A DNA stretch of 64,000 nt from Tubiluchus corallicola (lineage: Eukaryota; Animalia; Priapulida): the NCBI GenBank assembly GCA_030141605.1, contig JAQGDQ010000010.1:1240001-1304000 (forward strand), in the 5' to 3' direction. Below, piece by piece: positions 1-13,300 of the stretch. The translations under genes were made by a program, and so were the position numbers. The notes beneath the pieces were generated by a model. That model did not search any database. It was not told the DNA's origin and was given only the letters and a program-made list of their open reading frames with translations. The stretch's first letter is position 1. Each line of letters begins with the position of its first letter.

Positions 1-230
1 CAAATTCCTCCATACGAGAAATAGTTGACTAGAAATTTGGTTCCAGGTAGAAACTGAGTAGCACATACCAAATGGACACTTTCCATTAAGTTAAATGTCA
101 GCAATATAAAAGACAAAAATGAAATTGCTCACAAGTGACAATAACCCAGTTGTAAATGTATAACTATTTAACACTCAATAATGATCTAATGATCAATAAT
201 ATGAAAAAATGGCAAGTTTTCTCAACTTAC

Positions 231-353
231 CAGTTCATAATCAGTTTGTGAATAGCCAAATTCATTTTTGAAATTCATCGGCATTATAGCATCTTGCCTT
301 TGGTATAGTGTGTCATCATCAACGGATATTTGTGCAACCTTTGACACATCCAT
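231..353 (-). CDS. Probable first coding exon of an unidentified gene running off the left edge of the window
   Basis: On the minus strand, the ATG at 353 opens MDVSKVAQISVDDDTLYQRQDAIMPMNFKNEFGYSQTDYEL, which ends in phase 0 at a consensus GTAAGT donor (230). An in-frame stop lies upstream and a CAG acceptor at ~413 suggests a spliced 5' UTR. A possible next exon from 53 to the edge reads in frame as FLPGTKFLVNYFSYGGI. No family recognised. Confidence 0.4.
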
Positions 354-984
354 ACAGGTTATAGATAATTTGAGCAACGGCAGGCTATGCAGAATCTAAT
401 GACTTGTAAATGCTGAAATGGCAGAGTCAAAAACTAAGTTAAGAAACATCACAATACCAGACATGTGCATCAAATTCCTATTTTGTTAAAATAACCTTGC
501 ATACATGTGCCAAACAAATGCTTTTTGCATGTGGAAAATTAGAGCAGCAGAGCAATGGATTTTAATTGTCATTATATATCAACTCAGTGATGGATCACAG
601 TCATAGCAAACTAAAACTCAAATGCATTTGGGTTAAAAAGTAATACAAGCTAGACAAACCAGTATTTGAATTTAGTTTAGTGTATGCAATTTTTTATTTT
701 TTATGTTAGTTTGAGAAATACAGTCATCCTGGTATAAAGCAAAATTTCATCTGACAAAATAACACATTAATGAGCCATTTAAACTGAAATTATTAATTAT
801 TACAACGATTAGCAAAGTCCAGTGAACTAAACCTTTGTAAAATACACTAGAAAGAACCTGACCTAAACAGTGTATTGTATCATCAGCTGATCAACATTCA
901 ACACCATGACAATCTTCAACAATAATGACTAGACAATCATCTATTGTCAGATAGATGAATAACATCAACAATGTTTAGTAAAAT

Positions 985-1122
985 ACACAATAGCACCAGC
1001 AACAACAAAACAGAAAGCAGCAGCAGCAACAACAGCAACAACAACAACAATAATAATAATAACAACAACAACAACAACAAAAGCAACAACAAGAAGAAAA
1101 AAAAGAAGAAGAACAACAGCAG
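985..1122. repeat. Compound trinucleotide microsatellite (CAG/CAA/AAT/AAG runs)
   Basis: Visible cagcagcaacaa..., (aat)n, (aac)n and aagaag tracts; these explain the poly-Leu and poly-Val ORFs at 937-1225. Confidence 0.9.
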
Positions 1123-3271
1123 AATGTACATTAACCAAATGAATAGTTAATGAACTGACTAAATCTGGAAGTGAAAGCCCCATAAAATAACTTTGAACAT
1201 CATGGATTAAAACACCACTTTCCATTTTTTATAAAACCTTTCATTACTTATGAATACAAAACTGTTGTTGCAATATCATCCCAGACAGCATTACACTTTG
1301 GAGCCCACAGGGTCTTAACGGGGATGACTGTGGGCAGGGGCTATAGGCTAAACAGGGTTAATAATGGGACCATGCATGCTTTTCTTAAAGGGCCCCAGAA
1401 CTAGGTCCCAAACATGCCCCGCAAGGAGCCATCTTAGGAAAAAACCTAACATAAAAGTAAAAACTCTCAAGATATTTCTGAAAAAATGTATGCTGCTATT
1501 ATTTAAAAATGAAAATGTACAGTATATACTTTTAATTTTTTAAAAACGAAATATTTGTTTTACTTAACAACAATACCCATATATGATATATTGAACATAT
1601 TATTATAATATGGTCACGGCAATGCTATCACTTTTTTGATTTATGGTGCACAAGAAAACTACAGTACAAAACTCTAAATAATATGTATAAATCATGTGCA
1701 AATTAAGTATGCTCCATAGGAGAACACAATTAAGGCTTAATCCCTAGACCCATAAACGATTGCCACAACTTGCTTACCAAAAAACAATACTATTACTAGT
1801 ATTAGTACTACAAACACACATACTATTACTAATACAATCATGTACTACGACTATGACAATTTGATCAGTTGAATCATAGGCACAATTGCAATGAGACCAC
1901 CAAAAAGTTTTGATTACTAATTGAGACAAGCTATTTAATTTGCAATTTCTAATATGCGCGAAAAACTCACAATAGTAACGTAATCAGTGAATATCAACAA
2001 GTTTCAGATTTTTTACAAACTGAGCCTGAATTTATTATAAACACAGTTAACAGACAGCAGTCAATTACAGCAGTGTTACTGTTGCTATGGCAATTAAATA
2101 TTTACCGAAACCAGTCATTGATTTCTTATTTAAGGGAGGCGTTAAACCATACTGAGAACTTCAACTCAGTCATGGATGCATATGGCAAGATTATCATTAA
2201 GAGGAACAAAGGCAATTTAAAGTCCTAAATCCTAATAAACCTTCTATACGACGTTATATTACTTTGTATTACGCCTACCTGTTTGTAATACTAATGTAAC
2301 TAGGAATTTAAAATGTCTATGTCAATAATTGGTAATTTAAAACGTCACTGACTTGCTTTCCCAGTGTGTACCACTGATTCACCAATTTTATTATTATTGA
2401 CCAGATAAAGTAATTTATGCCCTAGTTTACTTAGTTGATTGTATTAGTTAGTGAAGTATATGCTGCAAGTGCTTTGAATATTTTAACAAACTTTAGGCAA
2501 TGTTATCTAAACTTGTTTCAATCAACCTACCATCAAAATGACTAGACTCAATGATCATTACGGGAGCTTAAATTCCACAATGTTCCATAAATTCCATAAT
2601 ATGTAAAAAGCCCACTAATTCCATAATATGCAACATTTGGTAGGTACGTGCTATGCAGAAGTTTGTCAAAAGATTTTGAAAACCCAGTCACAGCTATTAC
2701 ACGAAATACATTAATTTATTTTTTAAGTTTTTTAATAGATTAATTTTTCACTAACTGTTTGCAAATATTAAGAGTGGTCACAATTTATGTTACATGTTAC
2801 GACCATAGTTAAGCCACAGAAGTGCACTATCTTATAATGTTTATAATCCGTTTACAATCCACTAAGCATAATCAGTTTTAAAAACACTGCCACACGGTTG
2901 CAATTTATTCTATTCACATTATTTATTTTTATTTTGTGTCTAAAACAAACTGCTTTCAAAATCATTCCATAAGACAGAGACAACGGCCATACATATAGCA
3001 GGCAAGAAACCCAGTTGAGTAAACGAAATGGTTTATAATAGCAAGGAATATTTTTACAATGCGCCAAAACATGTGTGCTTGTTGTTAAATTATATCAGAA
3101 CACTAATCGAATTTTTAAAAAATTTCTATAGCTGTTGTAATTTTGTGTAAATGACTGTTACTAATTACTATAACTCTAATGTTCAATAGAGATAGCTAAA
3201 GCTACAATAGTAAACATAAGACGTCATTTACTTTTATTAGGTTGTTCTTAATATTCTGCACGCAGAAGTAT

Positions 3272-3764
3272 AATTTTCTGAAGATGTCTAAGACTTCGAT
3301 TTGGATGGGTGATGTAAGTCGTAGTTAGGATATTTGTAGAATTGTAGGAACTGACCAGAGGAAACATTAAATGTAGGAAACATTTAAAATGTTTATATAA
3401 ACTGTGTGTTCAAAATGCTTGTCTTAATTTTGCGGCATCTACCAATCCGAGGTCCTAGCGATTTTCACCGATTGATGTTTTGGATTGGGTCAATTTGGTA
3501 CAGTAGCCTCCTTAGTTAGGGCACTGTGGAAATTTACTGAAGATGTTTAAGACTGGACGGGCGACGTAAGTCATAGTTAGGATATTTCTAGAATTGTAGG
3601 AACTGACCATGAAACATTTAAAATGTTTATATAAATTGTTTGATCAAATGCTTACTTTTCTTAATTTTGCGACATCTACCAATCTGAGGTGCTAGCAATT
3701 TTCAACGATTGATATTATGGATTGGGTCAATTTGGTACATTAACCTCCTGAGTTACGCCACTGT
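3272..3764 (+). repeat. Tandem ~250-bp duplication that includes TRNAU1AP coding exon 1 and its splice donor
   Basis: ~3272-3527 aligns with ~3531-3764 (ctgaagatgtYtaagact...gtaagtcRtagttaggatattt...ggattgggtcaatttggtaca). The second copy of the exon is 7 nt shorter. Confidence 0.9.
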
Positions 3765-6700
3765 TTGTTTCAAAAAAGAATTTTTTTACTGAGAAGCGAA
3801 ATGTGAATGTTATGGCATGCAAAAAGATGCTTACACGTTTTTCCTGTTGTCTCCATTAATCTAAATGAACTTGCTATTTAATTATTTTAACTTGCGGGCA
3901 GGACACCCTTGTTCGTTTGTTAGAAACATAAGCATCTTTATATTTATCAGTAATAATGGTGATGATAATTTTCGTTTTCACAGACATGCAATTGAGGTCC
4001 TACTATTAACAATAGACACAATTACTTTGAACATACTAATTGAAGTTCAACACTTGAACTGCGTGTATATGATGAAACTATGATTGTGAAGTTAGTGTTG
4101 ATTACACACATATATATATATATATATATATATCCATTTTTTACAGTTGGAACCTTACATGGATGAATATTTTGTAACGCAGGCATTCAAAATGGTGGGA
4201 CAGGAACCGATTAATGTAAAAATTATCAGGAATAAAATGACTGGGTTTGTAATTTTTTTAAAATGTGCCAATTTAAAATGTTTAACTAAGCAAAATTCTA
4301 TACTTAGTTTTCCAACTTCAGTCTTAAATACTAAAATATTTATGTGCATCTCCGTATTCCTTAATCGAGCAAAGCAATTCTGGTTACTGTTTTTTGTTAT
4401 TTGCTATTTTTATAGACATTCTGTTTCTAGGTACTTGATTATTATATGTAATACCAAAATCAGCAAATTTTTTTGAAGAATTCTGTTTTGTTGGATTGAT
4501 CTTTGAAGGGACATACAAATTGGGCAGCCACATGTCATTGCAAGAAACTAATGCATTGCAAATACCATTATTTTTTTATAGATGTATAACACAAGAACTG
4601 TCTTCTATTCAACTTTAGCAATCCATGGTAATGAGTTGTAGTAGCTTCATTTAGAGGCTAGTCCTGTACATATAATTTTGAAGCTATCTGCCAGTTGCCA
4701 CTATCTAAAACTACACAGTACAGTGAACAAAACCTTCGTAACCCCAATACTGCACATTTGGCTTCATTAGTGGTTTCTTTGTAATAAAATTTTGCTGGAA
4801 AAACTGTAAGGTTTAATCAAAAAATATCATTGTAGCAACTCATGAAAAATTCTATAATGTCTCTCGTGTACTTGCTGCTATTCTTAGCCAGGACTTTACA
4901 TTATTTTTTAGATAGCAGATTTGAGTTTTATGTCAGTACCTAAAATCCACACTGTAACGTATTGGTTCCATAACTATAAGCTAAAGTAACTAAAGTAACT
5001 ATAGCTATAACTATAATACAAGAAAGGTTTGCTGTTTTATGTGATTGATTTGTTGACAGAATTTTGTAAGGAGTTAGTCAAAGAACAAATCACAGAAGTT
5101 TTGTGTTTTTATTTGATTGGACATAGATTGGAGCGCACTGTTAATTGTCAAAATATTAGAACAGTCCATTTCATTGTAGTGAAGCACTACACTAAAAACA
5201 TGTATCTGTAGAAGAGCTGCTCTTACTGGCTTTCTGGTTTTTTTGCATTATTGATTTCCTACAGATGTCTGATTTGAATGATTTGTTGCTATTCTTAGAC
5301 TTGTAAATGGCCACTCTTTTTTCTTACAGACTTCCTCAAGGCTATTGTTTTGTGGATTTCCAAACAGAAGACCAGGCGACTTACTGCTTGCACAATGTAA
5401 ACAGCTGTGCAATTCCAAATACAACCCCAGTAAGTAGTTACGCTCAGGGCATGGTCAGGCAAATAATAGGCCCTACCTCCTGTATTAGACAGTTGCTTTC
5501 ACTGGAAGAAGGACGAGGAGTTTCTGAGGCTGTTCTTGTTATTTAACGTGATGTGTCCTATCTTACCTACTCTTTGACTTTGTGTGATTTTAGTAGATTT
5601 TTAAGCAGTAGCAGATTTTTTGCTGGTAATGCATGATGCGCTCTGCTATATCTTTTTGCCCGTCAAAACATTTAACAGTGTGTAATTTTCTTGAACGTGT
5701 AGCGATTGTCTGTACATATTACTGTTTTTACACTATTGCATGGACTACAAAGTCACTAGATGCCATATTCTTATTATGAACTTTTTTATTGTAATGATAA
5801 CTTTCCCAAATTGTATATATAATATTTGCCTTCTATGAAAAGGCAATCATTTTAGATATCGATAGCAAAATATGGTGTATAGCAGCGTACACTGTTTGTG
5901 CTTCATTACTTTCAAACATGACTGAGTGACATCTAGCATGTAGTCTTCATACTTTACAACCTATTCATCACGAGAAAATTAAAGCAAACCATTTATAACA
6001 ATTGAAAATAAGATGTGTTCTTCTGAGATTAGCCATGGTCATAATCGTAAAAGAAGAAGTTAAAATGCCCATAAATCTCAAAAAATTCTTTATTTTTGCT
6101 TTAGAAGCTTTCGTCCTTTCGGTCTTCATTAGCTGCACAGAAAGGTACAATAATAAAAATTACAAATATTACGTAAAATATTTATTAATGATTTCTTTCC
6201 CCTTCCTATATTTTATACTATCCTTGAACTGACGATATTGTTGACTAATAAACTAATCATGTATTTTTTATTATTGCATCTTTCTGTGCAGCTGATGAAG
6301 TTCGAGAGGATAAAAGCTTCTGAAGAAAAAATAAAGAATTTTTGAGATTTATAGTGTTTAAAATATTTTTTATTATGAAAAATTCCTATTTCAGCCACGG
6401 AATTTCAACCTAAGGCCAGCCATTCATGGAGGAGGATCAGGAGTGAGGACCCAGTGAGTGACAATCTTTCTGTGATGCAAATATATTAAAATATTTCATT
6501 CTTAAAGTGCTGCAGTTTTATTCCTCTGCAAACTCATGTTTTTTTTTATTTTATTTTGCCATTTACAGTACATCAGTTTATCATCTACTTATTTTAGCAT
6601 TTTGTTTTAATTTAAAGATTTGTTTTTCCATAAAATATTTATTAATGATTTCTTTCTTCTTCCTATATTTTGTACTATCCTTATGTTTTTTCTGATTTTT

Positions 6701-9685
6701 TTTCTTTATTTTTTATTCTTTATTCTTTATTCATAACAGTTTAAGTTTTGTTGAACTGTCAATATTGTTGATTAGATTAATAAACTAATCACGTGGTTTA
6801 ATTTAGAAGAAGCATTTAAGCATGACTGAAACTTAATGCTCATTCTACACGTGGTCACCTCTTGGTAAAGCAACTGCTTTTCTTAATTTCAGCTAAAGCC
6901 ACTGAATTTTTTATGAAATAAGTTTTACAGATTTCACAGTCAGGCAACAGAAATTCTTCACATCTCTGTCATTGATAATGTTTTTCTCTTTCTTGTTTTC
7001 AGGCAAGATTTTTCTCTTTATGTATCTGAACTGTCAGATGATGTTACAGATAGCATATTGTTTCAAGCATTTTCTCGTAAATATCCATCCTGTGTTAGTG
7101 CTAAAGGTAAGTATAGGTACTGCAAATGAGTTATATTTTAAGCAAAACTCTACTGTTCTTGTTTCTTAATGTGAAACCTAGCTTGCTGCATTGTTACAAA
7201 TATATTTGCTTATAATAGAGAGATCAGGAAATGGCAATCAACTAGTAGGTATCAACCTCGCAATAGCCAATCAGGCGCTCTAGCTAGCTAACTGCTCTCT
7301 CCGCTACCTCAGAACTTACTCACAAACACTAGGATAAGTATTCATGCAGGTTATATTCAATCATACCAATCATACCAAATATACTGTGAAATTAAGTGAA
7401 TGTATACATGATTAGATAATTATTTTTACTTATAAATAAATGTTATCGATAGATGAAACAACCACAATGCCAGCCTTAATTTAAGCTCCTGATATTTGTT
7501 TGTTCGAAAATATTTTTGCATCACTTTTTTCATTAAGAATCATGCATCACACCAGTGGAAAGTGATTTAAATTTGTCAGTATTAACTTATGGCATGTGAT
7601 ACTGCAGACAGCCTGTGCATTATAGTTATATGTGTTGATTTTCAGTTGTTTGTGATCAACAGCGACGGAGTAGAGGTTTTGGTTTTGTAAAATTTACTGA
7701 TGAAAAAGACCAGCAGGTGGCTCTGATTGAAATGCAGGGTGCATCAGGAATTGGTCGACGCCACATACGGATTAGTTTAGCAACGCCACGCCGGTTAGTG
7801 AAAATAATTAGTTTTACCAGTTTTAACATGTTAGTGTAAAAGTTTATTTATTTAAGAATGACTAATTTTCTTTTTCAGCCATGCTAATAATAGTTGGCCA
7901 TGTAGTAACAATTTGTCGAAGTTCTCCATAATCTGTTTAAGGATTTATCAAATTGTGGCATGTGAAACAATGAAAAGCAAAAATGAAGATTTTTTTACAA
8001 CATTTAGCAATGTGCAGTAAGCTTAGTTTCAGTTTCATCGGAGGAACATGTTTTGCATGATGTCTGATTTATGAAAATTTGCACAATTGTGGTTTGTTAG
8101 CCATGTTAGGCCTCTGAGAACAACCGTAATACTCAGAGCAATGGGCGGTTGTTTCCGTTGTCAAAATGAAAGAAGTTTCTTAACCAAAGTATACCACAAA
8201 TTGTCTCAAGTCACGTATTATTTCACAGAATCTTCTAGCCTTTCCTTAGAGGCCTAAACCCACTTTACCTCCTTGAGTATTTGGTCTTTATGCACATGGC
8301 TTAGTAAATAGAAGTTGTGCCATTTTTATCCCACTGCTTTTTAAAGAGAGCTGGTATGTCTTATTTTTCTCCTTTTTCTTACAGTTAAAAGGTATACTTC
8401 ATTAATGTTAAAAAGATAATTATTGTTAAATGACCATAATTTCTGTGGTGTTTATGCAGTGGTCTATTTCACATAACAAATGCCAGCCCTTTTGAATTAA
8501 TTCTACTTTTTTCAAAAATTCATTCTAAAATGTGTTCATTTTAGTATGCAGCATCATGACCAGACATCATCTTCTACTGGACATGCAGCTCAGGTTCCTG
8601 CCGCAGCAGCGCCACAATATGCACAGTACAATGCTGGCTCGTATAACCAGTACGGCACATGGCAGTGGTACAACCAGTATTTGCAGTACTCGTACGGAAA
8701 GCCGACAGAAACAGTAAGTTAAAATGTGAATGTAAATGGGAATGAAGTTGCTGAAAATTTTGAAACCAATGGTTTTAGTTAAAATATGATTACACAATAA
8801 CCGTCGATTGTTTTTCTGTCCATTGGTAATTGGAAAAATTTTTGGAGGTCAGCGGCATTTACGTCTTAAGACAAAATGGGTAACATTTATTGCATTCTGA
8901 AATTCACGATTGGATAACTGAAACATTCCCAAAAGATTTATTTGATTAGTTGACTTACCTAGGTTGTTTGGTTGTCATTTGGTGGTATTGTTTTCTTGAT
9001 AATGAGGGCTTTCGTTCATTAGAGCAAATTTGCTCTAAAGAACAAACTCTTGAACAGAGGTTACCTACTGTCATCCTAAAAAGTGATTTTATTAACATTT
9101 TGGGATAACATTAACATGCCTGTAGAGATGTCAGCATTAAAATACTCCAATAAGGTCTATAAATTTATATTCACATCCAGATTATAGTTGAATCTGTTGG
9201 CTGACTGGCTTTTGAGAACAATGCTGACACAATACATCAACACCTAACAATTTTTTATGTTGTTATTTTTCTTGTCATTGTATTGGGCTCTGAAAAGTAT
9301 TGGTTAGTTATTAGTTGATCAGGGACCTTATGCTCCATTAGAAATATGTAAAAGGCAGCCCTTCACATGAGCTTACTCAACAAACAAGACTTCCAAAATT
9401 AACTTGTAAAATTTTATCTCATGTCATAATTAGTAGGGACAATGTCCAAAAAACTGGTCAACAGGTCTCAATAATATTTATGTTTATATACTGTAGGGTA
9501 GTACAGAGTATACACATTCCCATAACAACTATGATCCTGCCATGCCTACTGAAGATGATGAAGATATTGTGAATCACAACATTGAGATAAACACTGATAA
9601 AGAAAATAGTGAACTCATCGAGCGATGCGAAGACCTGTATGTTGCATTAGAAGATTCTAGATGGGATTATGAAAGTGTGAAATGA
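3284..9685 (+). CDS. TRNAU1AP: tRNA selenocysteine 1-associated protein 1 (SECp43), two RRM domains, 8 coding exons, ~298 aa
   Basis: Exons 3284-3313, 4147-4244, 5330-5429, 6395-6453, 7003-7106, 7646-7793, 8545-8713 and 9497-9685 are all GT-AG with compatible phases. They give MSKTSIWMGDLEPYMDEYFVTQAF...GYCFVDF (RRM1), DFSLYVSEL...SRGFGFVKFTDEKDQ...EMQGASGIG (RRM2), a Tyr/Gln-rich linker and a C-terminal EDLYVALEDSRW, matching SECp43 architecture. Confidence 0.93.
6071..6352. repeat. Inverted repeat with ~93-bp arms and ~95-bp loop in TRNAU1AP intron 3
   Basis: 6071-6164 is the reverse complement of 6260-6352 (about 85% identity by eye). The loop sequence recurs as a direct copy at ~6630-6790. 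Confidence 0.88.
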
Positions 9686-10746
9686 ATGAGCCAATATTTT
9701 GCAGAATGAGTGAATATTGTTCATAGTTTCATAATTGAATATTCCTATTTCATGTAAATTTTTCAAAATTGATTGAATGATATGACATATGTATGATATT
9801 CATTTTTTATCAAAAGTGTCATTGTCATATAGTTAATTTTGTTAAGCTGGTTTTTAGGCTAGCTTCCACGTGAAATATTCTCTGATTCGACTTTTTAAAT
9901 GCTACTCTCACGTGGACGATAGTTTTCTTTATAAGAAATTAGCTTTATGATAACTTATGGTAATAATAATCTCATGTATTTGTATCAATAAAATTCAGTA
10001 TTTTAGGCTGACTTTGCATGGGAAGGCCAACTATACATGTGTACATACTCTTGCAGTTTCATTGTGTATATGCTGACATCTCATGTGTAAGCAAATGTCA
10101 TATGAATGTTAGACGTGCATTGTGAAACAATAGCTATGTAGTTTTGTTAATGCAGAAAGATCGAATTGAAGTGAAACTGGCAGAGGTTGTGTCTTTCGAA
10201 ACTCCGGCATTTCACATTTTGACTGTGCTTGAGTTGTAGCTGCAGATTAGTCTCAATTATTATTGAAATTTTTCATTCTTCTTGGTATATGTACAAAAAG
10301 CGTGAATGTAAAAATGTATTGCCGATATAATGTCGATACTTCTTATAGTGTATTTCTTTATTGCATTAAAGCAAAAAGGTCAGATTGCTGAGAAATCTTG
10401 ATATTGGGTTACTAGCACTTAATTTTTGCAATAAAGGCAAGTAATTTTTATACTTCATGTGTATTAAGCCAGTAGAGTGTGTTGCTGAATTGTACCAAAC
10501 AATATTAAATTGAACCTGCTGCAGGAAGCAAGTATGCTTACAACATATTTATTGTTACAGTGCTGCCATGGGGGAAGAAACTGTAAGGCTTCTTCATTGG
10601 ACCAAATAAACTGAAAATTATAAAATCTAAATTGATAAGTCAAGACAAAACTCCAAATTATGTGTAGTTACATTGATGTACATGTTTTAAATCAACCCAT
10701 TTTTTCTAATAGAAAAGCCAGTGATTTTTGCTATTACTGTATTCAT

Positions 10747-11172
10747 TAGGGCATGTGAATTGAACGTTTTCGATTGTTTGAATTTGATTTTAACAAGTTC
10801 TTTTAGTTTGAATTCAATTTGAATCTAAAATTATTGACTCGCATAATTCAGCACTTCAATTACATACGTTTTTTTTATCATTGAAACGTTTGAAACATAA
10901 TGCAGTCAGCACCATTTAGTTTTGATTCTGTGCGCAGTTTTTTAAACAAATTATTATTGTGTTGTTGCATAACAAAATCGAGTAATATGCGTGATCCTTG
11001 CAAGACCCGCTTTTTATTAATGATTCGAAAATTTATTCGAAAACCTTTAAAACCTAATTTGATTTGGATTCGAAAATGCTGAAATTCGGTTTCATTTGAG
11101 TTCGAAATTCGATTTGATTCGAATTCAGTTTTTGAGTTTGAAAGTCAGAAATTTGGTTTGATTCGAATTCGG
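10747..11172. mobile_element. Degenerate MITE-like repeat rich in TTCGAA/GATTCG subrepeats
   Basis: Begins TAGGG and carries many dispersed ttcgaa/attcg motifs, as in the subterminal repeats of non-autonomous DNA transposons. The right TIR and TSD were not resolved. Confidence 0.4.
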
Positions 11173-13300
11173 TTATTGGTAGTGAGCGTATACTTACTGT
11201 TCATCAGTTGCCCACTTCAAAAGGAATTCTCACTTGCTTATCTATCAATAGTTAGCTATTTACTACATGATCCTCGAAGTAAATACACATGGTTAAACTT
11301 ACAAAATTATAACAAAGAAATTTGCAAAAAACTATAAAGCATAAAATTAATTATAATAGTACCCCTCTATAGAAGTTTTCATGTGCAGAGGTTTCAGCCA
11401 TTCTCTTAAAAATTGTCATGTAACTGGTGGACTGTGTGACTCTTTGCAAACACATCGTGGCTTTTCGTGAGCACACACTTAAACTAATTCAAACTTCTGC
11501 AGCTAACCTTTCGCTAAAATTGAAATAAGTTTAACTTAAGCCAGAAGGCCTTTTCTTTAATTTATTCACAGAGGACCCAAACTGCCAAAGGTTATACCCT
11601 TAAAGTATTGTATCGAGTCGACTCAAACACCTTTCTGGTCGAGAACATGGTCATAGATTCTATGATGCCAGGAACTGAGATAATATGTCTAGAGATTTCT
11701 AGTACTGCCAGTTCCGATGGTTGCATCAGAAAAATTCATTGCGTCTCGAAAATTCGCTTACTTAGAAACGTGGCTTCACAATTTACTTCAAAATTTTCGC
11801 TTTTAGTTCTTGTTTAGAAGCAGTAAAAGTTCAGTATTGTACAGTTTTTTATCTGAAAGTTTGCAATTTCATTAACTTTTTTAACTGTTAAGGTACGGCA
11901 AGTATTCTGAATCTTAGCATCAACACGTTGACAATCCATTTATTTATTTATTGCATTATCACGAGCCTACAATATTAATCAAAATGCATTAAATATACAA
12001 TGGAGATCATGAGACCGTTTCTAATAAATTACTTATTAGATTGTTTTTATGGAAGTGGATATTGTTCCGATAACCGGAATCCTACATTTACGGGATGGTT
12101 TTCCGTTCATTGGAGCTGCGACTTTGCTGTGTTCAAGTTCCTATCAGTAAAACCGCGGAATTTGCTCAGTTTGCTGTGCACAAGTTTCCGATCATTGAAT
12201 TTGCTAGCTAGTATTCTTCCAATAATGTTTGGTGTGAAAATGTTTGAAATTTGTGTAGTTATACTACTTTTTTTACTAGCTTTGCGTACATCTAGCAAAG
12301 CGTAGCATAGCGCTTTTTAAACCAACACCATCTCTCTCTTGAAAATAAAAGTATCCGCTTGTTCTGCCAAACAGTGCAGTATTCCTAGGAAAAAAATCGT
12401 CTGGGAACAGAACATAAAGAAATGGGTGGGAAGTTTATGATTCCGTCATTTTATTTTATTATTATTATTATGAGTTTATTTCGCATAAAAATATACAGCT
12501 TACAAAGACGAAGGTTTATTGTAAATATGTATGTATTTTAGAAAATATAACTCTATGAGATCATGATAAAGCACAGTGAGAATCACAAAGGGTTTGTGTA
12601 ATGCTGTTAAAGGGAGTAAAAATGTAAATGTATTTCAAGAACATTTAGTTAGATTCTTATTAAATTTTTGTACTATGTATGGATAAGGACCAGTATAGTT
12701 CATTTTTTATGTTAAAAAATGTAATTGGATTTATATTAAATTCCTTTATGGCTCTTTGCTATGCCAATGAACAAATGGAAATTATGACATCGTTTGTAAA
12801 GTAATGGTAACAACAAATACATACAGACTACAATATTTAAAATATGACCACATGCATTTATGTTAACTAAAGAAAAATTTTTGTGTTCGGTAGGCTTAAT
12901 CCAAATGTTAAACTTGAGTGTAATATCAAAAGAATGAACAAAATACTTTTAACTAATCCTGTAGCAGCTATAATTAATTAAGGCATCTAAATGCTGAATT
13001 TCAAGTTAGTTCCTACAGAAATAAGTGATTATCAGCAATAAGTGATTCTAAATAGTGACAGGCAAAGAATTTATTGCATCAGGTGATATCTCATATACTC
13101 ATACTCCTGTCACACTCATGCAGATACTAAATAATTATATAGTGTGTAAAAGGAATTATTTCACTTAGTAAGCGCTGTGTAAATGTTTAACAAATTTTGT
13201 AAGCTTAACGGCCCTAAACCGACTATAAATAATAAGTAGTACCGAACTTTGTTGTCTATTTTTAGTGTTTAAAAATTGAAGAAAGCATCAACAGTTCATC

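Noticed and set aside
937-1225. Poly-Leu and poly-Val membrane-like ORFs
   Set aside because: They are microsatellite translations.
9683-10450. TGA of TRNAU1AP as selenocysteine with a SECIS element
   Set aside because: The TGA falls at the expected C-terminus, SECp43 is not a known selenoprotein, and I saw no convincing SECIS core; SECISearch was not run.
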